In this document: positions 1-10,324 of the stretch, one piece after another
Layout: each line of letters opens with the position of its first letter
Numbering within the stretch: position 1 is the first letter of the stretch
Source: Myxococcota bacterium
GTDB taxonomy: Bacteria; Myxococcota_A; UBA796; GCA-2862545
DNA length: 43,997 nucleotides
NCBI GenBank assembly: GCA_039208735.1
Contig: JBCCQY010000067.1
Span: 1 to 43,997 of the forward strand
Direction: 5' to 3'
The notes under the pieces: model-generated
The model's input: the letters and a program-made list of their open reading frames with translations, nothing else
Told to the model about the DNA's origin: nothing
The model's database searches: none
Program-made: the position numbers and the translations under genes

Positions 1-44
1 CCCGCCCAAGCCGCTGCGGTGTGAGACCGAGCGGCTTGGGCGGG
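1..44. repeat. GC-rich inverted repeat / hairpin (15-bp perfect arms plus 4-bp inner stem)
   Basis: cccgcccaagccgct (1-15) is the exact reverse complement of agcggcttgggcggg (30-44); inner cggt/accg also pairs. May extend beyond the window edge. Function (terminator, REP-like, or within a coding start) unresolved. Confidence 0.6.
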
Positions 45-156
45 TCGGGAGACATGATCGAGTCGGGTAGCCATAGAACCTCGTTGCCCTCCCGGGCCCA
101 GTATCGCCCCAACCAGTCGCCAACGCCGCTTGTCAGCGGCTCATGACGGGTTGTGA

Positions 157-2265
157 CTACCTGCGAGCTTCGGGCTCTTCGGTCCGCTCGGCGGCTCCCG
201 TGAGGGTGTTCCAGGCAAACGTGTACGCAAGGGCCGTCATGAACGCTCGCTGCGCGTTGTTCGCGGCCCCCCCGTGGCCCCCCTCGACATTCTCGTAGTA
301 CCAGACGTCCTCACGTCCCATGTCCTCGAGCGCGGCGACGAACTTGCGAGCATGACCGGGGTGGACTCGATCATCTCGAGTCGACGTCGTCACGAGAAGC
401 GGCGGAGCCTCGGTCTCTTCGGGGTCGAGGTTGTGATAGGGCGAGTACCGCTGCAAGAAGGCCCAGTCGTCGGGATTGTCGGGGTCGCCGTACTCGTCGG
501 CCCACGACGCACCGGCCAGAAGCTTCGTGTAGCGCTTCATGTCGAGAAGCGGCACCTGGCAAATCACCGCCCCCCACAACTCGGGGTAGGTCGTGTACAT
601 GTTGCCCATGAGCAGACCCCCGTTGGACCCGCCCTGGATGGCCAGCTGGTCGGCGGTGGTGATGCCACGGGACACCAAGTCCCGTCCGATCGCCGCAAAG
701 TCCTCGTAGGCCTTGTGCCGCTTGTCGCGCAGCGCTGCGTCATGCCATCGGGGTCCGTACTCACCGCCCCCTCGGATGTTGGCGACCACGTAGGCTCCCC
801 CACGCTCAAGCCAGCCGGCCCCCGTCGCGGCGCGGTACCCTGGTAGCAACGGGATTTCGAAGCCCCCATAGCCCGTCATGAGCGTCGGCACGGGGTCGTC
901 CTGTCCGGCCCGAGTCACAAGGAAGTACGGGATCTTCGTGCCATCATCGGATGCAACGAAGTGCTGAGCGACCTCGAGGCCTTCGGCATCAAAGAACGCC
1001 GGCAGTTGACCGAGTTCGGTGGTTTCCCCAGTCGCGAAGTCCATCATCGCGTAGCGGCTTGGCGTGATGAACCCCGATCCGTACAGCCAAATGGCGTCGC
1101 TTGCGAAGCGGTCGACTTCGGATGCGTAGATCGACGCATTCTCGGGAATGTTCGCGAGCGGCGTGGCCATCCAATTGCGGCCTTCGGGCGCAACCGAAAC
1201 CAACCGGCTCTGAACGTTGTCGATCAGCTGCAAGACCACCCGGTCCGACGTGATCACCCAATCCCGCAACGACGTAGTGTCTGTGGGTTCGAACAGCACC
1301 TCAAACCGGGGCTTGCCCTTCCGGAGGCGCTTGTAGTCGGTCACGAGGAGCGAGCCTGCGGGGTAGGTCGCGCCACTCACCTCCCAGGCGTCACGCAGCT
1401 CAACGAACGCCCATCGCCCAAAGGTGTACACGCTGGCGCTGTCGGGCTTGTCGATTCGCACCAAGCCCTTCTTGGTGATTTCGAACAGCTCGCTCGTGAA
1501 GAACGTGGTTTGGCGGGACACAAAGTTGCGCTCGTAGCCTGGCGATGCGTCATGGTACGACGACACCGCAACATCGGTCGTGGAGCCCTCAAAAATGGGT
1601 TCAGCCTCATCGATGGAGGTGCCGCGGCGCCACTTTCGAACCATGCGCGGGTAGCCCGAGTCGGTCAGGCTGGCCTCACCAAAGTCCGTCCCCACAAACA
1701 AGGTGTCGCGGTCGATCCATTCGACGCGGCTCTTCGCTTCGGGCAGTTCGAATCCCCCCTCGACAAAGGAACGGCTGGGCAGGTCGAACTCGCGGATGAC
1801 CGTGGCATCTGAGCCCCCACGAGACAGCCGCACCAAGCACCGATCCTGCTCCGGCCGTACGCAGCTCGCGCCGGAAAACACCCAGTTCTCCTCTTCGGCC
1901 TTGGCCAGAGCGTCGATGTCGAGGATGGTCTCCCACACCGGCGCGTCAGACTGGTACGAAGCCAGGGTCGTTTGTCGCCAGAGGCCACGCGGATGTTCCG
2001 CATCGCGCCAGAAGTTCAGGTACCGGTCACCGATTTTGGACAGGTACGGAATGCGGTCGTCCGAATCCAGGATCGAGGCGAGCCGCTCTTGCAGTTCCGC
2101 GAACTGGGGCGACTTCGTTAGCGCGGTGACGGTCTTGTCGTTGTGGGCCTCCACCCATTCGAGCGCACGCTCTCCGCTCACCTCTTCAAGCCAGAGGAAG
2201 GGATCGGACTCCGGCGTCGGCGGCGCGGCCGCAGCAAACGTTGTCCAGGCGATCCAGGACATCAT
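157..2265 (-). CDS. Prolyl oligopeptidase family (S9A) serine peptidase, probably secreted
   Basis: Catalytic motifs GGSNGG (Ser), DDRVHP (Asp), GGHGG (His); N-terminal DPFLWLEE; ANIRGGGEYG; signal-like N-terminus. Start set at ATG 2265 from the GAAGGAG RBS (ORF track starts at 2286). Confidence 0.93.
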   Translation of the reverse strand: MMSWIAWTTFAAAAPPTPESDPFLWLEEVSGERALEWVEAHNDKTVTALTKSPQFAELQERLASILDSDDRIPYLSKIGDRYLNFWRDAEHPRGLWRQTTLASYQSDAPVWETILDIDALAKAEEENWVFSGASCVRPEQDRCLVRLSRGGSDATVIREFDLPSRSFVEGGFELPEAKSRVEWIDRDTLFVGTDFGEASLTDSGYPRMVRKWRRGTSIDEAEPIFEGSTTDVAVSSYHDASPGYERNFVSRQTTFFTSELFEITKKGLVRIDKPDSASVYTFGRWAFVELRDAWEVSGATYPAGSLLVTDYKRLRKGKPRFEVLFEPTDTTSLRDWVITSDRVVLQLIDNVQSRLVSVAPEGRNWMATPLANIPENASIYASEVDRFASDAIWLYGSGFITPSRYAMMDFATGETTELGQLPAFFDAEGLEVAQHFVASDDGTKIPYFLVTRAGQDDPVPTLMTGYGGFEIPLLPGYRAATGAGWLERGGAYVVANIRGGGEYGPRWHDAALRDKRHKAYEDFAAIGRDLVSRGITTADQLAIQGGSNGGLLMGNMYTTYPELWGAVICQVPLLDMKRYTKLLAGASWADEYGDPDNPDDWAFLQRYSPYHNLDPEETEAPPLLVTTSTRDDRVHPGHARKFVAALEDMGREDVWYYENVEGGHGGAANNAQRAFMTALAYTFAWNTLTGAAERTEEPEARR

Positions 2266-2316
2266 GATCATCTCCTTCGAAGCCACGCCCCCAACGACGC
2301 GGCCTGACGGAGCATC

Positions 2317-3846
2317 CTATGGGATCCGGTCAACGATCCGGAAGAAGGTTCGCCAAAACCAGTGTCCCGCAATGTCTTCAGCGGGAGGAAGCCGCTCTTC
2401 GTCATCGGCGTCGACACAGTCGGAGAGCTTCTTGATCCAGAGTCGCTCGAGAGGCGCTTCACGCAGGTAGTGGGCGGTGAACAACAGCATCAGATCGGCA
2501 TGTTCGGCCCGCGGATCGGGCTGCGATCCCATGAGCACGGACAGGCTGTCGAACAACGCCAACAGGTGCTGCAGCGCGATGGTGAGAATGGACGGCGCCG
2601 GAGGAAGCCCCCACCACGCCTTGACCGCGTGCTGTGACCAAGCCGCATTCAGCGTTGTCATGAGTTCTCGGACCTCTTCTTCCGGTCGGCCTAGGGCCTG
2701 CACGAGATCGTCGCGCACCGCAGCGTCGGTGGTGGCATCGACGACCGGTTGGAGCACGGCTCGGAAGTGTCGAGGCAAGTCGAACAACGCAAGATCGTGA
2801 ACCGACAACGCCGCGGGTTTCAGGCCGTCGCGCTCAATGCGCGCCAGCATCATGGCGTAGATGGCCCGCATCAAGCTCTCGACACGCGCGTAGGCGATGC
2901 GATCGAAGGCCTGCTCGGCCGTGCCGACCAGCCCAAGCTTGGGCTCCGACACATCGATCCACTCGGTCCATTCCGCCTCGGCCGCCGTCAGGGGCCCATT
3001 AAGGGCGGCGGACGCCGCGTAGCTCGCACCCAGATCGGTGAGGGTGGCAAATCCCGCCGCACGCCACCGGTCCAGGCGCAACATCGCTTGGGCGTTGTGG
3101 GCCGGAATGACCGCCACCATCGTCTGCAGCAAGGTCTCGACTTCAGCGACGGGGACGCCAATGCCCAACGCGAGTTTGGACTTCAGCTCATCGTCCATGC
3201 GATGCGCATCGAAGCCCGTCGTCGCCCACTCGCCACGCCCGTCGTACCAGGGGAGCCAAAGGGCTGGCGGCGCTCCTTCATGCTGCTGCTCGGGCAACAC
3301 GTAAAGGTTGGCCCCGCGACGAACCACGTCGAACGGTCCAAACGACGGCCGTTCGGGAAACAGTGCATCCGCCGTGCGACGCGGCTCGGTCTCGAATCGG
3401 GACCACAGCCCCTGGGCAAGCCGGTCTCGCTTGAGCACCCATCCGACGCGACGATCGGTCTCTTCGCGAAGCTCTTCGAGTTCCCAACGAGGGAGTTCGA
3501 GCGCGGCCTCGAGCACATCACTCGAAACGAGCAGCGGATCGACGGGACGGGTGCGGGTTGGATCGGCAGGATCGGTAGTGCCTATGCGCATCATGGGCGG
3601 CAGCGTGGCCGCGAAGTGTGGCGAGGACAAGACCGACAACGCCATTGCAATGCCGACCCGACGCCGAGGAACTTCAAGGTCGGTGCGCACACCTCGCGAA
3701 GCGGTCTCGCGAGCCGCAGCGAGCCGTTCGATCAGCGCATTATCGAGCGCCCGAGCCTGGCGCCCCCCTGAAGGAGTGCCTTCACCCTCGGTAAGCCGCT
3801 GCTCGAAACCCTCGACCAGCTCCGTCATCGCACGCGTCGTGGTCAT
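2317..3846 (-). CDS. Hypothetical protein (about 509 aa)
   Basis: Long ORF with protein-like composition that fills the gap between the peptidase and the RND adaptor; no recognisable motif; start uncertain (3846, alternatives to 3897). Confidence 0.7.
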   Translation of the reverse strand: MTTTRAMTELVEGFEQRLTEGEGTPSGGRQARALDNALIERLAAARETASRGVRTDLEVPRRRVGIAMALSVLSSPHFAATLPPMMRIGTTDPADPTRTRPVDPLLVSSDVLEAALELPRWELEELREETDRRVGWVLKRDRLAQGLWSRFETEPRRTADALFPERPSFGPFDVVRRGANLYVLPEQQHEGAPPALWLPWYDGRGEWATTGFDAHRMDDELKSKLALGIGVPVAEVETLLQTMVAVIPAHNAQAMLRLDRWRAAGFATLTDLGASYAASAALNGPLTAAEAEWTEWIDVSEPKLGLVGTAEQAFDRIAYARVESLMRAIYAMMLARIERDGLKPAALSVHDLALFDLPRHFRAVLQPVVDATTDAAVRDDLVQALGRPEEEVRELMTTLNAAWSQHAVKAWWGLPPAPSILTIALQHLLALFDSLSVLMGSQPDPRAEHADLMLLFTAHYLREAPLERLWIKKLSDCVDADDEERLPPAEDIAGHWFWRTFFRIVDRIP

Positions 3847-3900
3847 CGCCGCCCCGGAATAGGCCGGCCATTGTGTCACGAGTACGGCGAATGACAAGCC

Positions 3901-5214
3901 TTGACCCAGGAACCCGTGGTGAACAGCAATAGGTTGGCCGCCAAACCGTACGGACGAGGCGGCGACAAGAGCGGTTCGACGCCGGGCCGAACGAGAGGTG
4001 GCGCTTTGTGGATCGGGGTCTTCGTCCTGTGGTTAGTGGCGTGCGGAGGCTCAAGCGGGCCCCCTTCCGGCAACGATCTTCCTGTCGACGATCCAGTGAG
4101 TGTCGTAGAGATCGGACAGGCTTCGCTGGGTGACGTCGCAGAGTTCCTCACGTCTTCGGCCGTGGTCGAAAGTGAGGCCAGCGCAGATCTCGTGCCGGAG
4201 GCCACCGGGATCGTGCGTCGGATCTTGAAGGACGAAGGCGATCCCGTGTCCCGCGGTGACCTGCTGGCGGTCCTCGACAACGTCTCACTCGGCACGGGTG
4301 CAGAGTCCGCGGCGGCCGAAGTCACCAAGCTCACGGGCCAGGTTGCAGAGGCGGAAGCACTCTTCTCCCAAGGCGCCATCTCGAGCCGCGAGTTCGAGGA
4401 CTTACGCTTTCAACTCGAGCAAGCCCAGCGCAGCGCCCGCGAGGCCACCCGAAGCTATGGGTCCACCCGGCTGACGGCACCCTTCGACGGGGTGGTGGCG
4501 CAGCGCACGATCACCGTTGGCGAGCTGGCGACCTCCGCCACGCCTGCCTTTCAAGTGGTGGATCCCACGCGGCTCCGGGTCGTCACGTCCATTCCTGAGC
4601 GCGACCTTGGGCGGATCAAGCTCGACCAGCCAACCCGGCTCGTCTCGGCCTACGACGACCGCATCGGCACCACCGGTAAGGTCCAACGGATCGCCCCTGT
4701 AGTCGACAGCACCTCGGGCACCTTCCGGGTGACCATCAGCGTTGACGACCCCACAAAGCTACTTCCCGGCCAGTTCGTGACCGTCCAGATCATCGTGGAT
4801 CGGCGCGAAAACGTCCTCACCATCCCGAAAGAGGCGTTGCTCTACCAAGAAGGGCGACCGATCGTGTTCACGCTAGGCCCCCTGCCCGAGGAGGAGCCTG
4901 AAGAAGAGGAAGCCGAGACCAAGAAAACGAACGGGGGTTGGTTCGGCGGTAAAGCGGAACAAGCCGAAGAAGCCCCAAAGAAGGTCGCGGTGGCTCCTCC
5001 CTCGAACGTGGCCGTACGGCGGCCCATCGAGCTTGGACTCATCGACGAAGCCACCGTCCAAGTGATCGGTGGCCTCACCGACGGTGAAACCATCATCACC
5101 TTGGGCCACACCCACCTGCGGGACGGCGCGAAGATCCGCATCACGGAGCCTCCGTCGAGCGCCCAAGAACCAGGACCCGAAAACGCGGCCGAGCTCGAAG
5201 GTAGCAAGGGGTGA
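3901..5214 (+). CDS. RND efflux periplasmic adaptor (membrane fusion protein), lipoprotein
   Basis: Lipobox LVAC; lipoyl-like halves (GIVRRILKDEGDPVSRGDLL ... LTAPFDGVV); short hairpin; LLPGQFV; IELGL..VIGGL. True start may be TTG 4006 (GAGG upstream). Confidence 0.9.
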   Translation: MTQEPVVNSNRLAAKPYGRGGDKSGSTPGRTRGGALWIGVFVLWLVACGGSSGPPSGNDLPVDDPVSVVEIGQASLGDVAEFLTSSAVVESEASADLVPEATGIVRRILKDEGDPVSRGDLLAVLDNVSLGTGAESAAAEVTKLTGQVAEAEALFSQGAISSREFEDLRFQLEQAQRSAREATRSYGSTRLTAPFDGVVAQRTITVGELATSATPAFQVVDPTRLRVVTSIPERDLGRIKLDQPTRLVSAYDDRIGTTGKVQRIAPVVDSTSGTFRVTISVDDPTKLLPGQFVTVQIIVDRRENVLTIPKEALLYQEGRPIVFTLGPLPEEEPEEEEAETKKTNGGWFGGKAEQAEEAPKKVAVAPPSNVAVRRPIELGLIDEATVQVIGGLTDGETIITLGHTHLRDGAKIRITEPPSSAQEPGPENAAELEGSKG

Positions 5215-8200
5215 ACCAATTCTTCCGAGCCGTGGTCGATCATCCTGTCGCCACGTTCATGATCTTCATCGCCGCGCTGACGTTTGGCACGGTGAGCTAC
5301 ATGCGGCTGCCCGTCGAGCTCATGCCCGACATCGGCTACCCGACCATCACCGTGCGCACGACCTTCGAGGGCGCGGCTCCTCAAGAGGTCGAGGCTCAAG
5401 TCAGCCAGCCGATCGAGGAGCAGCTGGCCACGCTCGACGGTCTCGTCACGCTGGAGAGTCGCTCGCGTGCAGGCAGTTCCGAGATCGTCCTGGGCTTCGA
5501 CTGGGGCAGCGACATGGCTGCGGCCTCGCAGACCATCCGCGAGTCGCTCCAACGGGTGTTCTTGCCTGAAGAGGTGGGCCGGCCGCTCATCCTTCGCTAC
5601 GACCCGAGCCTCGATCCCTTCATGCGTCTGGCGCTGGCCGCCGATGAGTCCCCGCCAGCCGAAGACGCTCCCCAATCCGCCCCACCTACGCTGTTTGCCC
5701 TCCGCGAACTCGCGGAACGTGAGATCAAGAACAAGGTCGAGGGCATTCCCGGCGTGGCCGCCGTGCGCGTCCAAGGGGGGTTCGAACGACAGATTCGCGT
5801 GGATGTACGTGAAGACTGGCTTGCCGCCAAGCGACTGACCTTGGCTGACGTCCGCCAAGCCTTGGCCGCTGAAAACGTCAACATCGCGGGTGGCTCCATC
5901 ATCGAAGGGGACGTCGAATACCTCATTCGGACCCTGAACCAGTACCGAGGCATCAAAGACCTCGAGAGCGTGCGCATCCGTCGCTCCGACGGGGTCATTG
6001 TGCCGCTCGTCGACGTCGCCGAGATCCGCGAGGGCAACCGTGAGCGCGACCTCGTCACCCGAATGAACGGGGGTGAAGCGGTCCAGATCGAGATCTTCAA
6101 GGAGGCCGACGCCAACATCGTCGAAGTCTCGAATCAGGTGAAGGGCGCCCTCTTCGGAGAGGACGCGCTGAGCACGAATCTGCCCGCACGCACCACCCTC
6201 ACCGAACTCGACAACCAAGCCGACTTCATCGAACTGGCGGTCGGGAACCTGCAGTCAACCGCGGTACTCGGCGGCGTGCTCGCGATCGCAGTCCTGTTTT
6301 TGTTCCTCGGAGACGCGCGGGCCACGGCAGTGGTCGGTCTCGCGATCCCCGTGTCGATCGTGATTGGGTTCGCGCCACTCTACCTGTTCGGCATCTCGCT
6401 GAACCTGATGTCGCTTGGCGGCTTGGCACTGGGCGTCGGCATGCTCGTCGACAATGCAGTGGTGGTGCTCGAAGCGATCGACCGGCGTCGGACCGACGAC
6501 GACATGAGTCGGCATGAGGCCGCCATTGCAGGCACCGCTGAGGTGGCCGCAGCGGTCGTTGCGAGCACCCTGACGACGGTGGCGGTGTTCCTTCCCATCG
6601 CCTTTGTGGAAGGCGTCGCGGGCGAGCTGTTTGGCGATCTCGCCCTGGCCGTCGTTTCTAGCCTCCTGGCCTCCCTTGCGGTGGCTCTGCTTGCCGTACC
6701 CATGGTCTACGCCCTCGAAATCGTGCCCGCCACCGCCGAACAAAGCGCGCTCGTACGGGCGCTCGAAGGCCCGAAGGACGACGAACCGGTGACCCTCGGC
6801 CGTCGCCTTCGCTACCTGCTGCACGACGTGGTTCGAGAGCCCCTGCAAGACTGGCGAGAGGCGCGCGCTTGGCAAACCGAAGCTCCTGGCCGCTTGATCT
6901 TCGCCCCATGGAACGCGTTCCGCTTCGTGAGCTGGGTGAGCTTCGCGTTCACGCTGCGGGTAGTCAGTGTGCTTTTGACCATCGCGCTTGTCGTGTTGGG
7001 GATCATCGCCTCGGTGTTTCAACGCTTCTTCGGCTGGATCCCCGCCCGAATGGCCCAGGCGTCGGCCGAGCGACTGGAGCGGGTCCGCGTTCGCTACCGG
7101 GAAGGGCTGACCGGGCTACTCGAGCGCACGCTTACCGTCGCCCTGATGGCGGGGGTGCTCTTCTTGGGAGCCATGGCGCTGGCCACCCAACTCGGGACCG
7201 AGCTGATTCCCGAGTTGCACCAAGGCCGATTCACGGCTGACATTGCCCTTGACGTGGGCACACCCATCCGACGCACCCTCGCGCGCGTCGCCGATGCCGA
7301 AGCCCGCGTTCTCGCCCTGCCCGATGTCACGTCGGTCTACAGCGTGGTGGGTTCGGACCCTCGGGTCGACAATCGCTCCGATCGCGGAGAGCACACCGCT
7401 GAGCTGTACGTGAACCTCGCTCCCGGGCTGTCCTCGGCCGCCGAGGAACGCGTGATGGAAGCGGTGCGAAGCCGCATCGGCTCACTCGAAGGGGTGACCG
7501 TCAAAGTGGAACGGCCCTCGTTGTTCAGCTTCCGCACCCCCATCGAGGTCGTGGTCACCGGTACCACCCTCGACGGGCTGCGGCAGGCGGGCGACGCCGC
7601 CCTCTCTCGACTGCAGAGCATCCCGGAGCTTACCGACCTGCGCTCAAGCCTCGTCGACGGCAATCCCGAAGTGCGCATCAACTACCACCGCGACCGACTG
7701 CACCGACTCGGGCTTGACCCCGCCACCGTGGCCGCCCAGGTGCGCGACAAGGTTCAGGGAGTCGAAGCAACCCGCATCCAGCGGGGCGAACGACGAGTGT
7801 CCCTGTGGGTGCAGCTCAACGAGCCAGACCGTTCCAGCGTCGATGACTTACGCCGGCTCAACATCAATCCCAACCTGCGTCCGCTCATCCCGCTCGAAGC
7901 CGTGGCCGACTTCACCGAAGGGGTGGGCCCCAGCGAGGTTCGACGCGTCGACCAACAGCGAGCCGTCGTCATCAGCGCCAACTTGGCCGCGTTCGACCTC
8001 GGCAGCGCTCGAGACGCCATCGAAGCCACCTTGTCGCAGTGGCGGGCGCCCGAGGGCATTCGGTGGTCCGTCGCAGGCCAGAGTGAGGAAATGGCGGCCA
8101 GCCTCGGATCGCTTCAGTTCGCGCTCGGGCTCGCCGTGTTCCTCGTCTACGTGATCATGGCAAGCACGTTCGAAAGCCTGATCCATCCATTCGTGATCCT

Positions 8201-8660
8201 CTTTGCCGTGCCACTCGCCCTCATTGGGGCTGTCGTCGGTCTGGCGATGACGGGCCAGCCCGTGAGCGTCGTCGTCCTGATCGGTGCCATCGTGCTTGCA
8301 GGCGTCGTTGTGAACAACGCCATCGTTCTCGTCGACTCCATCAACCGCCAACGCGCCGAGGGGCTCGATCTGGTCAGTGCGATTCGGCAGGCGGGAAGCC
8401 TTCGACTGCGGCCGATCCTCATCACCACCGCCACCACTGTGTTGGGACTTGCCCCTCTCGCAGTTGGCGTGGGCGCAGGCGCAGAAGTTCAGAGCCCTCT
8501 TGCCGTTACGGTCATCGGCGGTTTGCTGTCCTCGACCGTGCTCACGCTGGGGGTGGTCCCGGTGCTCTACCGACTCCTTGCCGTTGAGCGCTCCTCCTCT
8601 CCCGATGACGATCCCCAAGCGAAGGTCCCAAGCTCGGCTGACATCGAATTCACAAGCTAA
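5211..8660 (+). CDS. RND efflux permease (AcrB/MdtB-like), subunit 1
   Basis: LPVELMPDI, GMLVDNAVVVLE, VVNNAIVLVD, RLRPILITT, PLAVTVIGGL; GTGA overlap with the adaptor gene. Confidence 0.95.
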   Translation: MNQFFRAVVDHPVATFMIFIAALTFGTVSYMRLPVELMPDIGYPTITVRTTFEGAAPQEVEAQVSQPIEEQLATLDGLVTLESRSRAGSSEIVLGFDWGSDMAAASQTIRESLQRVFLPEEVGRPLILRYDPSLDPFMRLALAADESPPAEDAPQSAPPTLFALRELAEREIKNKVEGIPGVAAVRVQGGFERQIRVDVREDWLAAKRLTLADVRQALAAENVNIAGGSIIEGDVEYLIRTLNQYRGIKDLESVRIRRSDGVIVPLVDVAEIREGNRERDLVTRMNGGEAVQIEIFKEADANIVEVSNQVKGALFGEDALSTNLPARTTLTELDNQADFIELAVGNLQSTAVLGGVLAIAVLFLFLGDARATAVVGLAIPVSIVIGFAPLYLFGISLNLMSLGGLALGVGMLVDNAVVVLEAIDRRRTDDDMSRHEAAIAGTAEVAAAVVASTLTTVAVFLPIAFVEGVAGELFGDLALAVVSSLLASLAVALLAVPMVYALEIVPATAEQSALVRALEGPKDDEPVTLGRRLRYLLHDVVREPLQDWREARAWQTEAPGRLIFAPWNAFRFVSWVSFAFTLRVVSVLLTIALVVLGIIASVFQRFFGWIPARMAQASAERLERVRVRYREGLTGLLERTLTVALMAGVLFLGAMALATQLGTELIPELHQGRFTADIALDVGTPIRRTLARVADAEARVLALPDVTSVYSVVGSDPRVDNRSDRGEHTAELYVNLAPGLSSAAEERVMEAVRSRIGSLEGVTVKVERPSLFSFRTPIEVVVTGTTLDGLRQAGDAALSRLQSIPELTDLRSSLVDGNPEVRINYHRDRLHRLGLDPATVAAQVRDKVQGVEATRIQRGERRVSLWVQLNEPDRSSVDDLRRLNINPNLRPLIPLEAVADFTEGVGPSEVRRVDQQRAVVISANLAAFDLGSARDAIEATLSQWRAPEGIRWSVAGQSEEMAASLGSLQFALGLAVFLVYVIMASTFESLIHPFVILFAVPLALIGAVVGLAMTGQPVSVVVLIGAIVLAGVVVNNAIVLVDSINRQRAEGLDLVSAIRQAGSLRLRPILITTATTVLGLAPLAVGVGAGAEVQSPLAVTVIGGLLSSTVLTLGVVPVLYRLLAVERSSSPDDDPQAKVPSSADIEFTS

Positions 8661-8719
8661 AATGTGCCATTGGGGTGACAGCCGTCGGTCGCAAAAGGCA
8701 TGCTGCTTCAGAGGTGACC

Positions 8720-10324
8720 ATGCGAACGCCCTTTTCGATCGCTCCTGGGCTCGTCCTCGCCCTGGCCGGATGCTCCAACGGCACCCTGGTTGAGGAGGAT
8801 CCTGTCGGCCCCCCTGGGGTTCAAGCGATGTCTCGCTTGAACCGCGTCGAGCACGAGAACACGCTTGACGACTTGCTCGGCATCGCCTCCAGGGCGCGAG
8901 AGCGCCTGCCTCCTGATCCGGTGGCAGAGGGATTCGACACGGTCGCTGAAGGACTGGTGCTCACACCGGCCTACGCCCAACTCTACGAGCGCCTCACCGA
9001 CGATGCACTCGCTCGCTTCTTCGGTGACAATGGCCCCCCAAGCCCCGATGTTGAGCGCATCGTGAGCTGCGACCTCGACGTCGAGGGTCGCAACTGCGTG
9101 CAGCAGATTGCACGAGACTTCTTGCTGGAGGCCTGGCGTCGGCCGCCTACCGACGAGGATGTGGCCTGGGTGGTCGCGCTTTACAACAGGGGGATGGACC
9201 TCGAAGCGACGCCAACCGAGGCGATTCGCCTCGCCATGAAGGGCATTCTCCTCTCCCCGGAATTCATCTTCCGCCCCGAACCAACGCCTGGCGAAGACCA
9301 AATCCGCTCCCTCGATGGCTTCGAAGTAGCGACCCGGCTTGCCTACTTCCTGTGGTCGTCGACCCCGGATGCGGAGTTGCTTGCCGCGGCGGCGTCGGGG
9401 GCGCTTCTCGAGCCAGGTGGCGTCGCCGCCCAGGCCGACCGGATGCTCGACGATCCACGAGCCGATGCCCTCGTCGAGAACTTTGCGGGCCAATGGCTCG
9501 ACATTCGGCGGGTGAAGACCACCCAACCGAACCCCGATGTGCATCCGTTCTTCGACGATGGTCTAAAGGCGTCGATGCAGGCCGAAATGCGCTCGGTGGC
9601 CGAACCGTTCTTGCGTGGCAACGCACCGTTCGACACCCTGCTCACCCAGCAAAAGTCACTCATCGATCGGCGCCTGGCGCTGCACTACACCATGCTGCAT
9701 CAGCCGGGTGCCGACGGCATGTCCTCCCTTGAAGGGACGGGTCGCCAAGGCTTGCTCACCACCGCAGGATGGCTTTCGATCACCAGCCATCCTGACGAGA
9801 CGAGTTCGGTCCGACGGGGGCACTGGATCCTTGAAAAGCTGCTCTGTGATTCACCACCACCGCCGCCACCTGACGTCGAGTCCACGGTCTCGATCCTGCC
9901 CGACGGTTCGGTACGACAGCAAGAGGAAGCGATTCGGCAGTCTGGCGACTGTGCCGCATGCCACAACCTGATGGATCCGCTTGGCTACACGTTGCACGGG
10001 TACGGGCCGGTGGGTCTCGAACGTGCCACGGACCGCCTTGGCTTCGACATTGATGACGCGGCCCGATTGGAAGGAACCCCAGTCTCTGGGGCCGCCGAAC
10101 TCGCGGATTGGCTTCTGTCACACGAGCAAGTCGACCGCTGCGTCACCAAGCATACCTTCATCTATGCGCTGGGTCGGGCCCCCGAAGAAGGCGATGATCA
10201 GGTGATCGACCAAGCGACCAGAGCCTTCATCGAGGCGGGACGAACCTTCCCCGCCCTCATCGAAGCCATTGTGACCAGCCGTTCGTTCCTCGATGCCACG
10301 GGCGCTCCGGAGGTGACCCCATGA
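8720..10324 (+). CDS. DUF1592/DUF1588/DUF1595/DUF1587/DUF1585 (PSD/PSCyt) lipoprotein with a CxxCH haem motif
   Basis: Lipobox LAGC; RLNRVEHENT, LLSPEFIFR, ATRLAYFLWSSTPD, SSVRRGHWILEKLLC, CAACH, MDPLG, YALGR; GAGG RBS before ATG 8720. Confidence 0.88.
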   Translation: MRTPFSIAPGLVLALAGCSNGTLVEEDPVGPPGVQAMSRLNRVEHENTLDDLLGIASRARERLPPDPVAEGFDTVAEGLVLTPAYAQLYERLTDDALARFFGDNGPPSPDVERIVSCDLDVEGRNCVQQIARDFLLEAWRRPPTDEDVAWVVALYNRGMDLEATPTEAIRLAMKGILLSPEFIFRPEPTPGEDQIRSLDGFEVATRLAYFLWSSTPDAELLAAAASGALLEPGGVAAQADRMLDDPRADALVENFAGQWLDIRRVKTTQPNPDVHPFFDDGLKASMQAEMRSVAEPFLRGNAPFDTLLTQQKSLIDRRLALHYTMLHQPGADGMSSLEGTGRQGLLTTAGWLSITSHPDETSSVRRGHWILEKLLCDSPPPPPPDVESTVSILPDGSVRQQEEAIRQSGDCAACHNLMDPLGYTLHGYGPVGLERATDRLGFDIDDAARLEGTPVSGAAELADWLLSHEQVDRCVTKHTFIYALGRAPEEGDDQVIDQATRAFIEAGRTFPALIEAIVTSRSFLDATGAPEVTP

